NCBI GenBank assembly: GCA_016777325.1 | Contig: JADHRQ010000003.1 | Coordinates: 20,354-84,353, forward strand | From: Flavobacteriales bacterium | GTDB lineage: Bacteria > Bacteroidota > Bacteroidia > Flavobacteriales > Flavobacteriaceae | Direction of reading: 5' to 3' | Length of the DNA: 64,000 bases | Part shown: positions 63,951 to 64,000 of the stretch, piece after piece | Layout: every line of letters starts with the position of its first letter | Position numbering within the stretch: position 1 is the stretch's first letter | Made by a program: the position numbers and the translations under genes | Notes under the pieces: generated by a model | What the model was told of the DNA's origin: nothing | Databases searched by the model: none | What the model saw: only the letters and a program-made list of their open reading frames with translations

Positions 63951-64000
63951 ATGTCTAACAACGTTAATGTATATTATGATCCTAATTGCAGGTTATGTTA
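63951..64000 (+). CDS. 5' end of an ORF, possibly a DCC-family thiol-disulfide oxidoreductase (runs off the right edge)
   Basis: The ATG lies directly after the previous stop. Translation MSNNVNVYYDPNCRLC... shows an early CxxC, as in DUF393/DCC proteins. Only 16 codons are visible. Confidence 0.25.
   Translation, partial: MSNNVNVYYDPNCRLC

Noticed and set aside
1-64000. Scan for mobile elements, integrases, transposases, prophage genes, toxin-antitoxin pairs, restriction-modification or other defence genes, rRNA genes and riboswitch-like leaders
   Set aside because: Every ORF of significant length is accounted for by a housekeeping or envelope function apart from one 177-aa unknown. There are no terminal inverted repeats, no tRNA-flanked island and no visibly atypical-composition block. 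Claiming a hidden accessory system here would not be supported by the sequence.

Overview
This window is an AT-rich (by eye; GC not computed), very gene-dense stretch of core chromosome. By my hand tally only about 1.4 kb of the 64 kb is intergenic. The source looks like a Bacteroidota genome, Flavobacteriia-like and probably a streamlined marine planktonic lineage. Four things support that placement: a DUF4295 gene after rpmB-rpmG, bshC, a C-minus L36 (ykgO-type) between infA and rpsM, and recurrent TAnnTTTG -7 boxes with no Shine-Dalgarno sequences.

Gene content, left to right:
- folD 5' fragment.
- A divergent blh / proteorhodopsin pair (a retinal phototrophy module).
- A 32-kb run of 43 co-directional minus-strand genes: argS, gltA, eno, carA, the complete alpha/spc/S10/str ribosomal super-operon (rplQ back to rpsL, including secY, infA, rpmJ and fusA), then mnmA, yidC, pyrG, a LysM protein, one unassigned small protein, guaA and bshC.
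- A large BNR/sortilin-like secreted protein.
- rpmB-rpmG-DUF4295.
- cinA-like, FAH-family, exonuclease, 2-oxoacid dehydrogenase E2 and recR genes.
- A sodium:solute symporter, htpG, an S1/P1 nuclease, a DUF5916 protein and a DUF4369 lipoprotein.
- queD and idi directly behind rpoC, then rpoB, rplL, rplJ, rplA, rplK, nusG, secE, tRNA-Trp and tuf.
- A Tat-signal TIM-barrel enzyme, a DoxX-like protein and a partial ORF at the right edge.

I see no CRISPR array, transposase, integrase, prophage, toxin-antitoxin or defence-like genes, and I cannot honestly point to a new multi-gene system here.

The least ordinary signal is a nearly identical 30-bp in-frame repeat module encoding KAEEP(A/V)AEE(V/A). 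It expands the C-termini of two ribosome-linked proteins 21 kb apart (the DUF4295 protein and L10), and a single copy sits in the L17 tail. Lesser observations are:
- A recurrent TAAATTTG(CA) promoter box, including a probably leaderless recR.
- A start-codon-proximal hairpin in the pyrG leader.
- idi-queD fused to the rpoBC operon.
- An all-zinc-free set of ribosomal protein isoforms.
- Overlapping convergent gene ends.

All functional calls rest on motifs and synteny recognised by eye. No database search was run.
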